Source: an uncultured Gemmatimonadaceae bacterium (lineage in GTDB: Bacteria > Gemmatimonadota > Gemmatimonadetes > Gemmatimonadales > Gemmatimonadaceae). From it: a DNA stretch of 64,000 nucleotides. The DNA lies in contig CAVUDW010000003.1 in assembly GCA_963740355.1 (NCBI GenBank), forward strand, positions 320,001 through 384,000. Reading direction: 5' to 3'. Positions 8,566 through 17,668 of the stretch are shown here, one piece after another. The position numbers were made by a program, and so were the translations under genes. The notes beneath the pieces are model-generated. The model saw only the letters and a list, made by a program, of their open reading frames with translations. It searched no databases and was not told the origin of the DNA. How positions within the stretch are numbered: the first letter of the stretch is position 1; each line of letters begins with the position of its first letter.

Positions 8566-11500
8566 ATGGGCGACGCTGCTCATCGGTTCTGCTCCCCGCG
8601 CCTCTCCCGCGCGGTCGTGCTGGCGGCACTCGCTGCGAGCACATCATGCGGTGATTCTGGGTCCACCGACCCGGCGCCGATCGTCAAGACTCCGGCGCCC
8701 GCGACTGCCATCGCACTCGTCACGCCATTCGATGCCGCGTCGCCCTTCACCCGGCGCGCCAACGACAGTCTGCCAAGCGCACTCGCAGTGCAGCTCCGTG
8801 ACGCCACGGGTCAGGCCGTGAGGCAGGCCGGCAGAACTGTGACGCTGACCGTGTCCGAACCAGGCGGGGCGCCGACCAGCCGGATCCAGATCCGCCGCGG
8901 CGGCAGTGCCGTCACCGATACGGCAGGCATCGCCCGGCTGACGGAGCTGGTTCTGTCGGGACGTGTCGGGGATGCCGAGCTCTCGGCCAAGGTCGACTCG
9001 CTGCCAGCCCTGAGCATCCCGATGCGGCTCGGCGTCGGAGCGCTCTCCACCACAGCCTCGGCCGTCACCGTGGCACCGGATACCGTCCCGGTGGGTGGCG
9101 TGGCGCAGGTGGTGGTGATGCCGATGGATGCGTCGGGCAACAAGCGGGGCGCCAATGAACAGGTGACGGCTGCCCTCGACGGCGATCAGACGCTGGCAAC
9201 GGTAAGCGCGTTCACCTGGACGCCTGCGGACTCCTCGTATCGCGGTTCGATCACGGTGGTCACCCCATCCCCGGCGCGGCCATTGCGCGTCACCGTCAAC
9301 GGCTCGGCACTTGGCCTGACGCCGTCATTCACCGGTATCGCGGCACCTCCGCCACCGGCCAATCCGGCCACCGCACTGCGCTTCGCCACGCTCCCGGGCG
9401 ACACGACGCCGTCGTTCAATGCCGTGAGCGCGTCGATCTGGCCTGCGACCAGCGTGCAGTTGGTCGATGCAAGTGGAGCCAGCGTTCGGCAGTCGGGTGT
9501 CGCCATCACGGCTCGCGTCACGAATCCGGCCGGACAGGCGCTGCCGGGCGCCACCTTGAGCGGCGCGGGCCCCGTCAGCACCGATGCATCGGGGGTGGCC
9601 GCGTTCCCGGCCCTCTCGCTGTCATCGCCAGCTGGGCTGGCACGGGTGCGGTTCGAAGCCGGCAACCTCACCGCAGTCAGCCTGCCGGTGCTGGTGTCGC
9701 CAGCGGTCGTGACCGCGAGCAGCCCGGTTAGCCTGACCCCCGACACGATCGCGGTGGCCGGTGTCGCGCAACTGGTCGCGACGCCGCGCGACGCCGGTGG
9801 GCGCAAGCTCGGTGCGGGTCAGACGGTCGTCGTCTCGGTTGCCGGCGGTACCAGCGTCGTGACCGTCGGCGCCGTCGCGTTCAGCGCGGGCGATTCATCG
9901 TATCGCGCCAGCCTCACCGGCGTGACGGCTGGTACAGCCACCACGGTCACCACGACCGTGAATGGCGTCACGCTGAGCACCACGCGCCCGCTTACGGTCC
10001 GCAGTGCCGGCGGCGTACCGGGTGCTGCGGACATCAGCGGCACGGTGAACGGCAGCAACACCTTCGAGATCTCGCGCTTCATCTACGGCGGCAACTTCCT
10101 CGACGACTTCAGCAGTTGGGGCAACTCGACACCGCCGGCGGAGATGACCCTGAATCGCATGGGTGGCAATCGCCTCTCGGCGTACAACTGGGAGAACAAC
10201 TACAGCAACGCCGGCAACGACTACTTCTACAACAACGATCAATTTCTGAGCGGGAGCGCCACTGCCGGCCAGGCCGTGAAGACGCGGGCCACCGCGGCCT
10301 TTGGGCGCGGTCAGGCATTCATGGCAACGGTGCCGATGATCGGCTACGTGGCGGGTGATGCGTGTGGGTGCAACGTCGGCATCACCGATGCAGACCGCGC
10401 GAATCGGCTCGCGACGCGCTTCCGCGTCAGCAAGGCCGTGAAGGGGAGCGCGTTCTCGCTCACGCCCAGCACCGGCGACGGCTTCGTCTACCAGGACGAA
10501 TTCGTGAACTGGTTCGAGTCGAACTTCCCGGGCCGCACCACCAACAGCACGGCACCGGTGTTCTTCTCGCTCGACAACGAGCCTGACATCTGGCACACCA
10601 CGCATCAGGAGATCAACAGCAACATCGGCGACAACTCGTCAACACCACGCATCCAGACATACACGGGCTTCACGGATACCAGCGTGGTGTATGCAAAGGC
10701 GGTGAAGAACGTGTTGCCGAATGCGATGATTTTCGGCCCTGCCACCGCCACCTATGCGGGCCTGGCCACGCTGGGCCGCTACCCGACGCCCGATCCGGTA
10801 TACGGTTCGCAGAATTTCTTCGATGTGTACCTCGACCGGATGCGCGCAGCCAGCACCGCCGAAGGGCGTCGCCTGCTGGATGTGCTGGACCTGCACTTCT
10901 ATTCCGAGGCCACGCCAGGCAGTGGCACGGTGAGCGACGACTATTCCACACAGTCGGCGGCGATGATCGAGGCTCGATTGCAGGCGCCGCGCTCACTCTG
11001 GGATCCGACCTACACCGAGAACAGCTGGGTGTCTGGCGTGACAGGTGGGCCGATCCGACTGATTCCGCGACTCCGCGAACAGATCGCAGCGCACTATCCG
11101 GGGACGAAGCTCGCCATCACCGAGTACTACTATGGCCGCGGTGGCGACATCTCCGGTGGCATCGCGCAGGCGGACGTGCTGGGCATCTTCGGGCGCGAAG
11201 GGTTGTTCGCCGCCACGATCTGGCCGCTCGGGCGCACCGATGCCTCTGGCTACAACGGCAGCGGCACGCTGACCTACCAGTACATGTACGGTGCCTTCAA
11301 GATGTATCGCAACTACGACGGCGCTGGTGGCGCGTTCGGTGTTACCGGGCTGCAGGCCACGACATCGGATGTTGCAGCGAGCTCGATCTATGCCAGTCGC
11401 ACCACATCAGGCAAGACGGTGCTGGTGGTGATCAACAAGACCAGCGCTGCGAAGGTGACGCGCATCACCCTCAGCAACGTCGGGTCGCCGACCGGTGCGC

Positions 11501-11625
11501 AGGTCTACCTGATGCAGAACGGAACACCAAATCCTGCGCGACAGGCTGATGTCGTGGTCAGTGCGGGCGTGCTCACCTACACCATGCCGGCGCTGAGTGT
11601 CTCGACGCTGGTATTGACGCCATGA
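8566..11625 (+). CDS. Glycoside hydrolase family 44 with N-terminal Ig/invasin-like repeats, probable lipoprotein
   Basis: RMGGNRLSAYNWENNYSNAGND, LDNEP (acid/base), LDVLDLHFY, LAITEY (nucleophile). Signal ends AASTS-C. Start could be 8482. Confidence 0.88.
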   Translation: MGDAAHRFCSPRLSRAVVLAALAASTSCGDSGSTDPAPIVKTPAPATAIALVTPFDAASPFTRRANDSLPSALAVQLRDATGQAVRQAGRTVTLTVSEPGGAPTSRIQIRRGGSAVTDTAGIARLTELVLSGRVGDAELSAKVDSLPALSIPMRLGVGALSTTASAVTVAPDTVPVGGVAQVVVMPMDASGNKRGANEQVTAALDGDQTLATVSAFTWTPADSSYRGSITVVTPSPARPLRVTVNGSALGLTPSFTGIAAPPPPANPATALRFATLPGDTTPSFNAVSASIWPATSVQLVDASGASVRQSGVAITARVTNPAGQALPGATLSGAGPVSTDASGVAAFPALSLSSPAGLARVRFEAGNLTAVSLPVLVSPAVVTASSPVSLTPDTIAVAGVAQLVATPRDAGGRKLGAGQTVVVSVAGGTSVVTVGAVAFSAGDSSYRASLTGVTAGTATTVTTTVNGVTLSTTRPLTVRSAGGVPGAADISGTVNGSNTFEISRFIYGGNFLDDFSSWGNSTPPAEMTLNRMGGNRLSAYNWENNYSNAGNDYFYNNDQFLSGSATAGQAVKTRATAAFGRGQAFMATVPMIGYVAGDACGCNVGITDADRANRLATRFRVSKAVKGSAFSLTPSTGDGFVYQDEFVNWFESNFPGRTTNSTAPVFFSLDNEPDIWHTTHQEINSNIGDNSSTPRIQTYTGFTDTSVVYAKAVKNVLPNAMIFGPATATYAGLATLGRYPTPDPVYGSQNFFDVYLDRMRAASTAEGRRLLDVLDLHFYSEATPGSGTVSDDYSTQSAAMIEARLQAPRSLWDPTYTENSWVSGVTGGPIRLIPRLREQIAAHYPGTKLAITEYYYGRGGDISGGIAQADVLGIFGREGLFAATIWPLGRTDASGYNGSGTLTYQYMYGAFKMYRNYDGAGGAFGVTGLQATTSDVAASSIYASRTTSGKTVLVVINKTSAAKVTRITLSNVGSPTGAQVYLMQNGTPNPARQADVVVSAGVLTYTMPALSVSTLVLTP

Positions 11626-11635
11626 CGTGAGGGTT

Positions 11636-11662
11636 GTGGAGGCAGCGTCGCGCTGCCTCCAC
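11636..11662. terminator. Bidirectional hairpin between convergent genes
   Basis: Perfect 12-bp stem GTGGAGGCAGCG-TCG-CGCTGCCTCCAC. Confidence 0.7.
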
Positions 11663-11675
11663 CGCTGAGCGCGAT

Positions 11676-12362
11676 TCAGCGCGCGCGCAGCTTCGTCAGT
11701 TCGACCTTGCGAATCTCCACGGCAGCGCCTTCCGACTGGATGGCCACCTGGCCACGGTCAGCGGTGGCGTTGGTGCCGCGATTGACGAGTGTGCCGTTCA
11801 CGAACACGGTGATCGTCCGTCCGACGGCTTCGACGACGATGCGATTCCATTCGCCGAGCGGCCGTTCGCGACCATCGACGAGATGTACGATGCGACGCCC
11901 CTTCCCTTCCGTGATGCCCCATTCCGCACGCGGGCCACGACGGCGAACCATGTCGGGCACCCGAATGTCCTCGACGATGCACCAGAAGTCGCCGGCATTG
12001 CCGGACTCCATCTGCACCTCGATCGATTTCGGGAACATGGCGTAGAGCGCGCGCGGCGTGGATGCGTGGATCAACACGCCCGCGTTGCCTGGCTTTCCCG
12101 GAAAGCGGTACTCCACCTCGAGCCGATAATTCCGGAACGTGGAGTCGGAGATCAGGTGACCGCCCGGCACACCGGAGATCAGCAACAGGCCGTCCTTGAC
12201 GGTGAACGGTGAGGCGAGTCCTGGGGTGGTGTCGGCCGCCGGCACGTCGGTGTGCCATCCGGTGAGATCGGTGCCATTGAAGAGCCGCCGCGTCTGCGCC
12301 GGAGTCTCGACGGCGAGCAACGCGGAAGCGGTGACGATCGATAGGAGGGCGACGGATCGCAT
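11676..12362 (-). CDS. DUF1080 (3-keto-disaccharide hydrolase-like) secreted protein
   Basis: Signal peptide, LFNGTDLTGW, NYRLEVEYR, GEWNRIVV, IQSEGA. Confidence 0.9.
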   Translation of the reverse strand: MRSVALLSIVTASALLAVETPAQTRRLFNGTDLTGWHTDVPAADTTPGLASPFTVKDGLLLISGVPGGHLISDSTFRNYRLEVEYRFPGKPGNAGVLIHASTPRALYAMFPKSIEVQMESGNAGDFWCIVEDIRVPDMVRRRGPRAEWGITEGKGRRIVHLVDGRERPLGEWNRIVVEAVGRTITVFVNGTLVNRGTNATADRGQVAIQSEGAAVEIRKVELTKLRAR

Positions 12363-12505
12363 CTCGAGGCGGGTCAGGGACGACGTGAGGGCCACCGAAG
12401 GCGGTCCGGTGCGGAGTGCTGCGCAACTTCGCCGCCGGGGCGAACTCTCGGGAGGGGCACGGCGCCGTCGGAGCCACGGTCCGAGCGCCGTCGCTAAATT
12501 CCGGG

Positions 12506-13063
12506 ATGACTTCTTCACTCTTTTCCGCTCGTCGGGCGCTGCTGTCATCTGCAACCGCGCTCATCTTCGCGCTGTTGCCGTCGCAGGTTGCTGCGCAGGC
12601 GCCCGCGACGTTTCTCGGCTACACCACCACCGTGCCAGCCGGGTGGGTCGCGGCACCATCGTCATCCTCGATGCGACTGGCCCAGTACACCGTGCCTGAC
12701 CGGGATGGTGCGGTGGGCGCCGAAGTGGTCGTGTATTTCTTCGGGCAAGGTCAGGGCGGCGACGTTGCGGCAAACCTCGCGCGGTGGAAGGCGCAGTTCT
12801 CAACGCCCGATGGTTCGCCCGTCTACGACCAGGTGACCCATCCATCGCCGGTGAATTTCCGCACCACGGTGGCGGAGTATCGCGGTACCTACGCGCGCGG
12901 CACCGGCGCCGGAGATACCGCGAACGCGAAGCCGGGTCAATCGTTGATTGCTGCAATCGTCGAGACGCCGAAGGGGACACTCTTCGTGCAACTCTTCGGC
13001 GCGACGGCCAAGGTCACCGCGCAGCGCGAGAAATTGCTCGCGTTCGTGATTGGGCTGCATTGA
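12506..13063 (+). CDS. Conserved secreted hypothetical protein
   Basis: Signal peptide ending AAQA. VPAGW...MRLAQY, FFGQGQGGDVAANLARWKAQF. Confidence 0.75.
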   Translation: MTSSLFSARRALLSSATALIFALLPSQVAAQAPATFLGYTTTVPAGWVAAPSSSSMRLAQYTVPDRDGAVGAEVVVYFFGQGQGGDVAANLARWKAQFSTPDGSPVYDQVTHPSPVNFRTTVAEYRGTYARGTGAGDTANAKPGQSLIAAIVETPKGTLFVQLFGATAKVTAQREKLLAFVIGLH

Positions 13064-13133
13064 TGCCAGCGGGGAAACACTGCGCTCTCGATGTCACCGT
13101 CAGTATTGTCGGCGGTCGAGTTGAAGGCAGTCG

Positions 13134-14672
13134 TCAGCCCGGCGTCTCGCCGTAGCGGCCGAACACGGCCACCGACTGCGGGTGCAGCACGATGCTCTGC
13201 TCCCCATTCTGATCGACGATCAGCGGTTGCCAGGTCGCGGGCCAGAGGGCGTCATAGCTGGCGCCGGCCACCAGCCCTTTCATCTGCACGGTTGCCGCGT
13301 CGGTGCCGACGTTGATGGCGATCACCGTCTGGTCGTCGTCGAGCCGGCGCACGAAGCCGAAGGCAGTGCCGTTCACCGTCACGCTCTCGTAGCTGCCGAA
13401 GGCGATGGAACGCCGAGTGTTCCGCAGCCCGATCATCGCCTTGTAGAAGTGCAGGATCGAGTCCGGGTCGGCACTCAGTGAGGAGACGTTGTTCGACCGC
13501 ACATTCGGAGAAAAGTTGCGGAAGGGCGTTCCCGTGCTGAAGTCGGGCCGCCCCTCGTCATGCGTCCAGCTCATCGGCGTCCGCAAGCTTTCGTCGGCAC
13601 TCATGCCCTGGCCGCTGGCCATACCCACTTCCTCGCCGTAGTAGATGAACGGCACGCCCGGCTGCAGCAGGTAGAGCGCGGCCGCGAGCTTCATCTGCGC
13701 GAGGTTGCCGCCCAGTTGGTCAAAGACCCGCGTTCCGGCGAAGGCGTCGTGATTGCTGAGGATGGTGGCGATCGTCGGCGGCGCGACGGGTGGAAAACCA
13801 GCCACTCGCTCGAGCGCCCATCGGTCGCCGCGCGCCGCATCGATCAGGTCACGGTGATGACCGAAGGCAAAGGCGCTCCCACCTGGGTGGGTGGTGGCGA
13901 ATCCAATCGGGTCGGTGGGCGCCTCGCAGACCATGAAGCGATTCTGGTAGCTGTCGATCAGGGCTTCCAGTCCGGCCACGATCGCGTAGCTCTCGCGCTG
14001 GTTCTGGTATTCACCGGGGCTGTTCTCGACCAGGTTGCCGACGGCGTCTAAGCGAAAGCCGTCGATGCCGCGATTGAGCCAGAAGCGGAGGTTGTCGTGG
14101 TGCCAGGCGATCACATCCGGGTTGCGCAGGTTCCAGTCCGGCATTTGGTCCCAGAACGCACCGAAATAGAAACCCGTCGGATCGGCGTGCCACGGATCCG
14201 AGCCGTAGATGCTCCACCCGTCCGGCTTCGGGTCGGCCCAGAGGTACCAGTTCCGGAACTCCGACTCGACGTTGAGGCGCGCGTTCACGAAGGCGGGATG
14301 CTGTGCCGCGCTGTGGTTCATCACATAGTCGAGGATCACGCCGATGCCGCGCGCGTGCGCTGCCGCAATCAGTGCATCGAGGTCGGCGAGGCTGCCGTAT
14401 TGCTCCTCGATGTTGCGATAGTCGATCGTCGCATAACCGTGATCGTGATCCTGGCTTCGCATCACTGGCATCAGCCACAGGCCCGTGACACCCAGATCCT
14501 CGAGGTAGTCGAGTCGTGCGATGAGGCCCTGCAGGTCACCGATGCCATCGCCATCGGAATCCTGGAAGGCACGCACGAACACCTCGTACATGGCGCCGAA
14601 GTACCAGTTGGGCGGCAGTGTCGAGCCGGGGTCGGCGTTGGGGACGGGCGCGAAAGTCGGGATGGGCGTCAC
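13134..14672 (-). CDS. GH13 alpha-amylase / alpha-glucosidase family
   Basis: DSDGDGIGDLQG, DYVMNH, GFRLDAV, VCEAP, LSNHD, IYYGEEVGM. Confidence 0.93.
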   Translation of the reverse strand: MTPIPTFAPVPNADPGSTLPPNWYFGAMYEVFVRAFQDSDGDGIGDLQGLIARLDYLEDLGVTGLWLMPVMRSQDHDHGYATIDYRNIEEQYGSLADLDALIAAAHARGIGVILDYVMNHSAAQHPAFVNARLNVESEFRNWYLWADPKPDGWSIYGSDPWHADPTGFYFGAFWDQMPDWNLRNPDVIAWHHDNLRFWLNRGIDGFRLDAVGNLVENSPGEYQNQRESYAIVAGLEALIDSYQNRFMVCEAPTDPIGFATTHPGGSAFAFGHHRDLIDAARGDRWALERVAGFPPVAPPTIATILSNHDAFAGTRVFDQLGGNLAQMKLAAALYLLQPGVPFIYYGEEVGMASGQGMSADESLRTPMSWTHDEGRPDFSTGTPFRNFSPNVRSNNVSSLSADPDSILHFYKAMIGLRNTRRSIAFGSYESVTVNGTAFGFVRRLDDDQTVIAINVGTDAATVQMKGLVAGASYDALWPATWQPLIVDQNGEQSIVLHPQSVAVFGRYGETPG

Positions 14673-14806
14673 GGGTGCTGACGAGAGGTACAGGCGGAGG
14701 ATCGGAATGGACGACGCTCGTGCCGTTGAGTCTACTCAGGCAGGCCGGGCACTGCGATGATCGGAGGATCGCTCGCGTGCCGTGATGCACATGCCCATCA
14801 TTCGGC

Positions 14807-16096
14807 ATGCACCGACGCGACCTGATTGCCTCGCTCGGCGGGCTTGCCGCCGCCCGCGCCTTCGGCTTCGCCGGCGACGTTGATCTCTCGTCAGGCGAGA
14901 CGACCAGCGCACCGGCGATGCCGACCGCTGGCGCGACCTTTCCGCGAAGGCAGGACTTCAGCATCGAGGACGGCTACTCGTACCTCAATGCCGCCTACAC
15001 CCACCCGATTCCCCGCGTCTCGGTCGAGGCAGCGCGCCGATCCCTGGAGGGCCGTGGCCTGCTGCGCGCCCCCGGACCGCCGGGAATTCCCATCGGCTCG
15101 CCGACGCCACGCGACCTGTTCGCATCCCTGATCAACGCCAAGCCGACCGAGATCGCCTACGTCTCGAGCACCAGCGACGGCGAGAACCTGGTGGTGCGCG
15201 CACTCGGCCTCGACCACGACTTCCGCGGCAACGTGGTCACTGACGGCCTGCATTTCGAAGGCTCCATCATGCACCTGCTGGAGCTGAAGAAGCGCGGCCT
15301 CGATGTGCGTGTGGTGCCACCCACAGCCGATTCGCGGATCGAGATGTCGGCCCTCGAACGCGTCGTCGATCGCAAGACGAAATTGATCGAGGTCTCGGCG
15401 GCCGCGATGTACAACGGCTTCCAGCACGACCTGAAGGCGATCGCGGATCTGGCACACGCGGTTGGCGCCTACGTCTACGTGGACATGGTGCACGCAGCGG
15501 GTGCCCAGCCGTTCGATGTGAAGGCGACCGGAATCGACTTCGCATCGTGCTCCAGCTTCAAGTGGCTGATGGGCGACTTCGGCCTCGGTTTCCTCTACGT
15601 GCGCGAGGAACTGCTGGATCGAATCCAGCGGCCGGTGGTGGGCTACTACCAGAGCGACGATATCGATGCGAACTATCCACCCAACCTTCCCGCCGGCCCG
15701 TATGCGCCGGTGACGTACACGTTCAAGCGCAGTGCGGCAGGGATGTTCGAAACCGGGGCGATGGTCGGCAGTGCGGAAGTCGGCGTGGCCCTGCTGGCGA
15801 GTTCACTCACCTACGTCCAGGCGCTGGGGGTCGAGAACATCCAGGCCCATCGACAGCCGCTGATCCGCCGGCTGCAACAGGAGTTGCCGCGGCTTGGCTT
15901 TACGTCGGTGACACCTGCGGATGCCACGGGCGGCAACGTGACATTCGCCAAGGCGAACGTATCGGAGAGTGATGTTCCGAAGCGCTTACAGTCGGCCAGG
16001 GTGAATGTTCGCCTGGCCCGCAACTGGATGCGCATCTCACCGTCGGTCTACAACGACATGGCGGACGTCGAGCGCCTCCTCGAGGCGCTGTCGTAG
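14807..16096 (+). CDS. Aminotransferase class V-fold PLP enzyme with Tat-like signal
   Basis: HRRDLI signal, YLNAA, DMVHAAG, SSFKWLMG (PLP lysine), RISPSVYN. Confidence 0.88.
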   Translation: MHRRDLIASLGGLAAARAFGFAGDVDLSSGETTSAPAMPTAGATFPRRQDFSIEDGYSYLNAAYTHPIPRVSVEAARRSLEGRGLLRAPGPPGIPIGSPTPRDLFASLINAKPTEIAYVSSTSDGENLVVRALGLDHDFRGNVVTDGLHFEGSIMHLLELKKRGLDVRVVPPTADSRIEMSALERVVDRKTKLIEVSAAAMYNGFQHDLKAIADLAHAVGAYVYVDMVHAAGAQPFDVKATGIDFASCSSFKWLMGDFGLGFLYVREELLDRIQRPVVGYYQSDDIDANYPPNLPAGPYAPVTYTFKRSAAGMFETGAMVGSAEVGVALLASSLTYVQALGVENIQAHRQPLIRRLQQELPRLGFTSVTPADATGGNVTFAKANVSESDVPKRLQSARVNVRLARNWMRISPSVYNDMADVERLLEALS

Positions 16097-16104
16097 TCAG
16101 GACA

Positions 16105-17548
16105 TCACCGCATCAGCGCTACGGCCCTTGCCTGCTCTGCCTCGAGTGCGGCGCGATCCACCTTGTACTGTGCGCTGCGCAACACCTGCTCCGAGACGGT
16201 TTCGCCATACGCGACCTGGAATGACGCGATCATCTGCGAGTACTTCGCGATCTGGTCTTCGTATTTCCGCGCATCGCTCTTGAGGCCATCGGTGCCCGGC
16301 GCCAGGGCATTGAAGCCGGCGAAGAACACGGAGGTCAGAGTGTTGATGCCGCCGGCCAGACGTCGAGTGTCGTCGGCCTTCGCCAGCTGGAACGAGCCGG
16401 CGATGAGCGCCGTGGCCAGTGCAATGATGCTGCGACGACGGCGCGACCGATCACTGGAATTGATCTGGTCGCGGATTTCTTCCAGCCGTGTATCGAGTTC
16501 CTGCGCGGTGATCTGGGCGCTGGCGAAAAAACGCGCGTGCGCCGCCTGCTCGACGCGGAGGCGCTCCGGCTCCATGCGGGCGCGGACATTGACGCGCGTG
16601 GTGCAGAGATCTGACTGCGCGTTCTGCGTGTCGATGGCGCGCCATTGGAAGTCGAGGGCGCGCTCCGCGGCACCATTCTCGACCGTGCCCCACGGAATCT
16701 GCCAGCGATACCCGGACGAATCGACGCGGCCATTCGTCAACTCGCGTTCCGGCCGGTAGCGCAACGCATCACCATTGGGATCGGTGGCGCCGAGTGGCAG
16801 CACGACGTCTGACCCTTCACTGGAGGTGATGCTGGCGATGGTGAGCGGGCATTCCGGTCGCGCGTTCTGGCCACTGACCAACACCGCGAAGATCGCCGCG
16901 GCGATATTCGTGCCATCGGAGACTTCGACCTTGAACTGGTACGGCGTGCCGGCGGCGTTGCTCGACGACGGCGCATGCCAGCGGAAATGGCCTGTCGAGT
17001 CGATTGTCGCTGGCTGCGCGCCGGATGACATGTCGGTGACCAGATAGGTCAGGGAATCGCCGTCAGGGTCCGCGGCGCCGACCATGAAATCGAGCGTACC
17101 ACCTGCCTGCACCTGCTTCGATGCGATCCGGACGATCGGTGCGCGCTGCGCGCGATCGACAGTCAGCTTGAGCTGTCGACAGGCAAGGGCCGCTGTGCCT
17201 TGCCGTGCGACGACCGTGAGGTAGTTCGACACCTTCCATCCCACGCATCGGGCGCCAGCGAAAGACGTTGTTCGCGTCCACCACGCCGCGATCGATCCCG
17301 GCCGGGACGAACGTGATTCGACCGGCTGGCGCGTTGTTGAGCGAGAGCCCGATGCGAACGCTGTCGCCCACGAGGTACTTCGCCGCGGGATCTGTATCGA
17401 ACACGATGGCGGGAGCATTGGCTCGCGCCGAGTCGGCCACGACTGGGCAGTCGGCGCTGGGCGACTGCGCCGCGATGGCTGCGGGCGTCACGAGCGCGAC
17501 AAGGGCTACGAGCGCCACCGGGAACCGGCCGACGGGCAGACGGAGCAT
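16105..17548 (-). pseudogene. Secreted Ig/cadherin-like repeat protein interrupted by a one-base frameshift near 17230
   Basis: The signal peptide and first repeat (to FRWRPMRGMEG) are in ORF 17063..17548. The continuation (SNYLTVV...DPDGDSLTY...DPNGDALRY) is in ORF 16105..17418. Could be a sequencing error. Confidence 0.75.
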
Positions 17549-17668
17549 CAGAGCGAGGCTGTCAGGAAAAGGGCGTCACGACACAGCTCGACCACCGAGC
17601 TGTGCCAGAATGTAAAACCGATCCGCCATTGTACAGCTCGGCAGATCTGGTGATCCGAGTGGAGCTCC

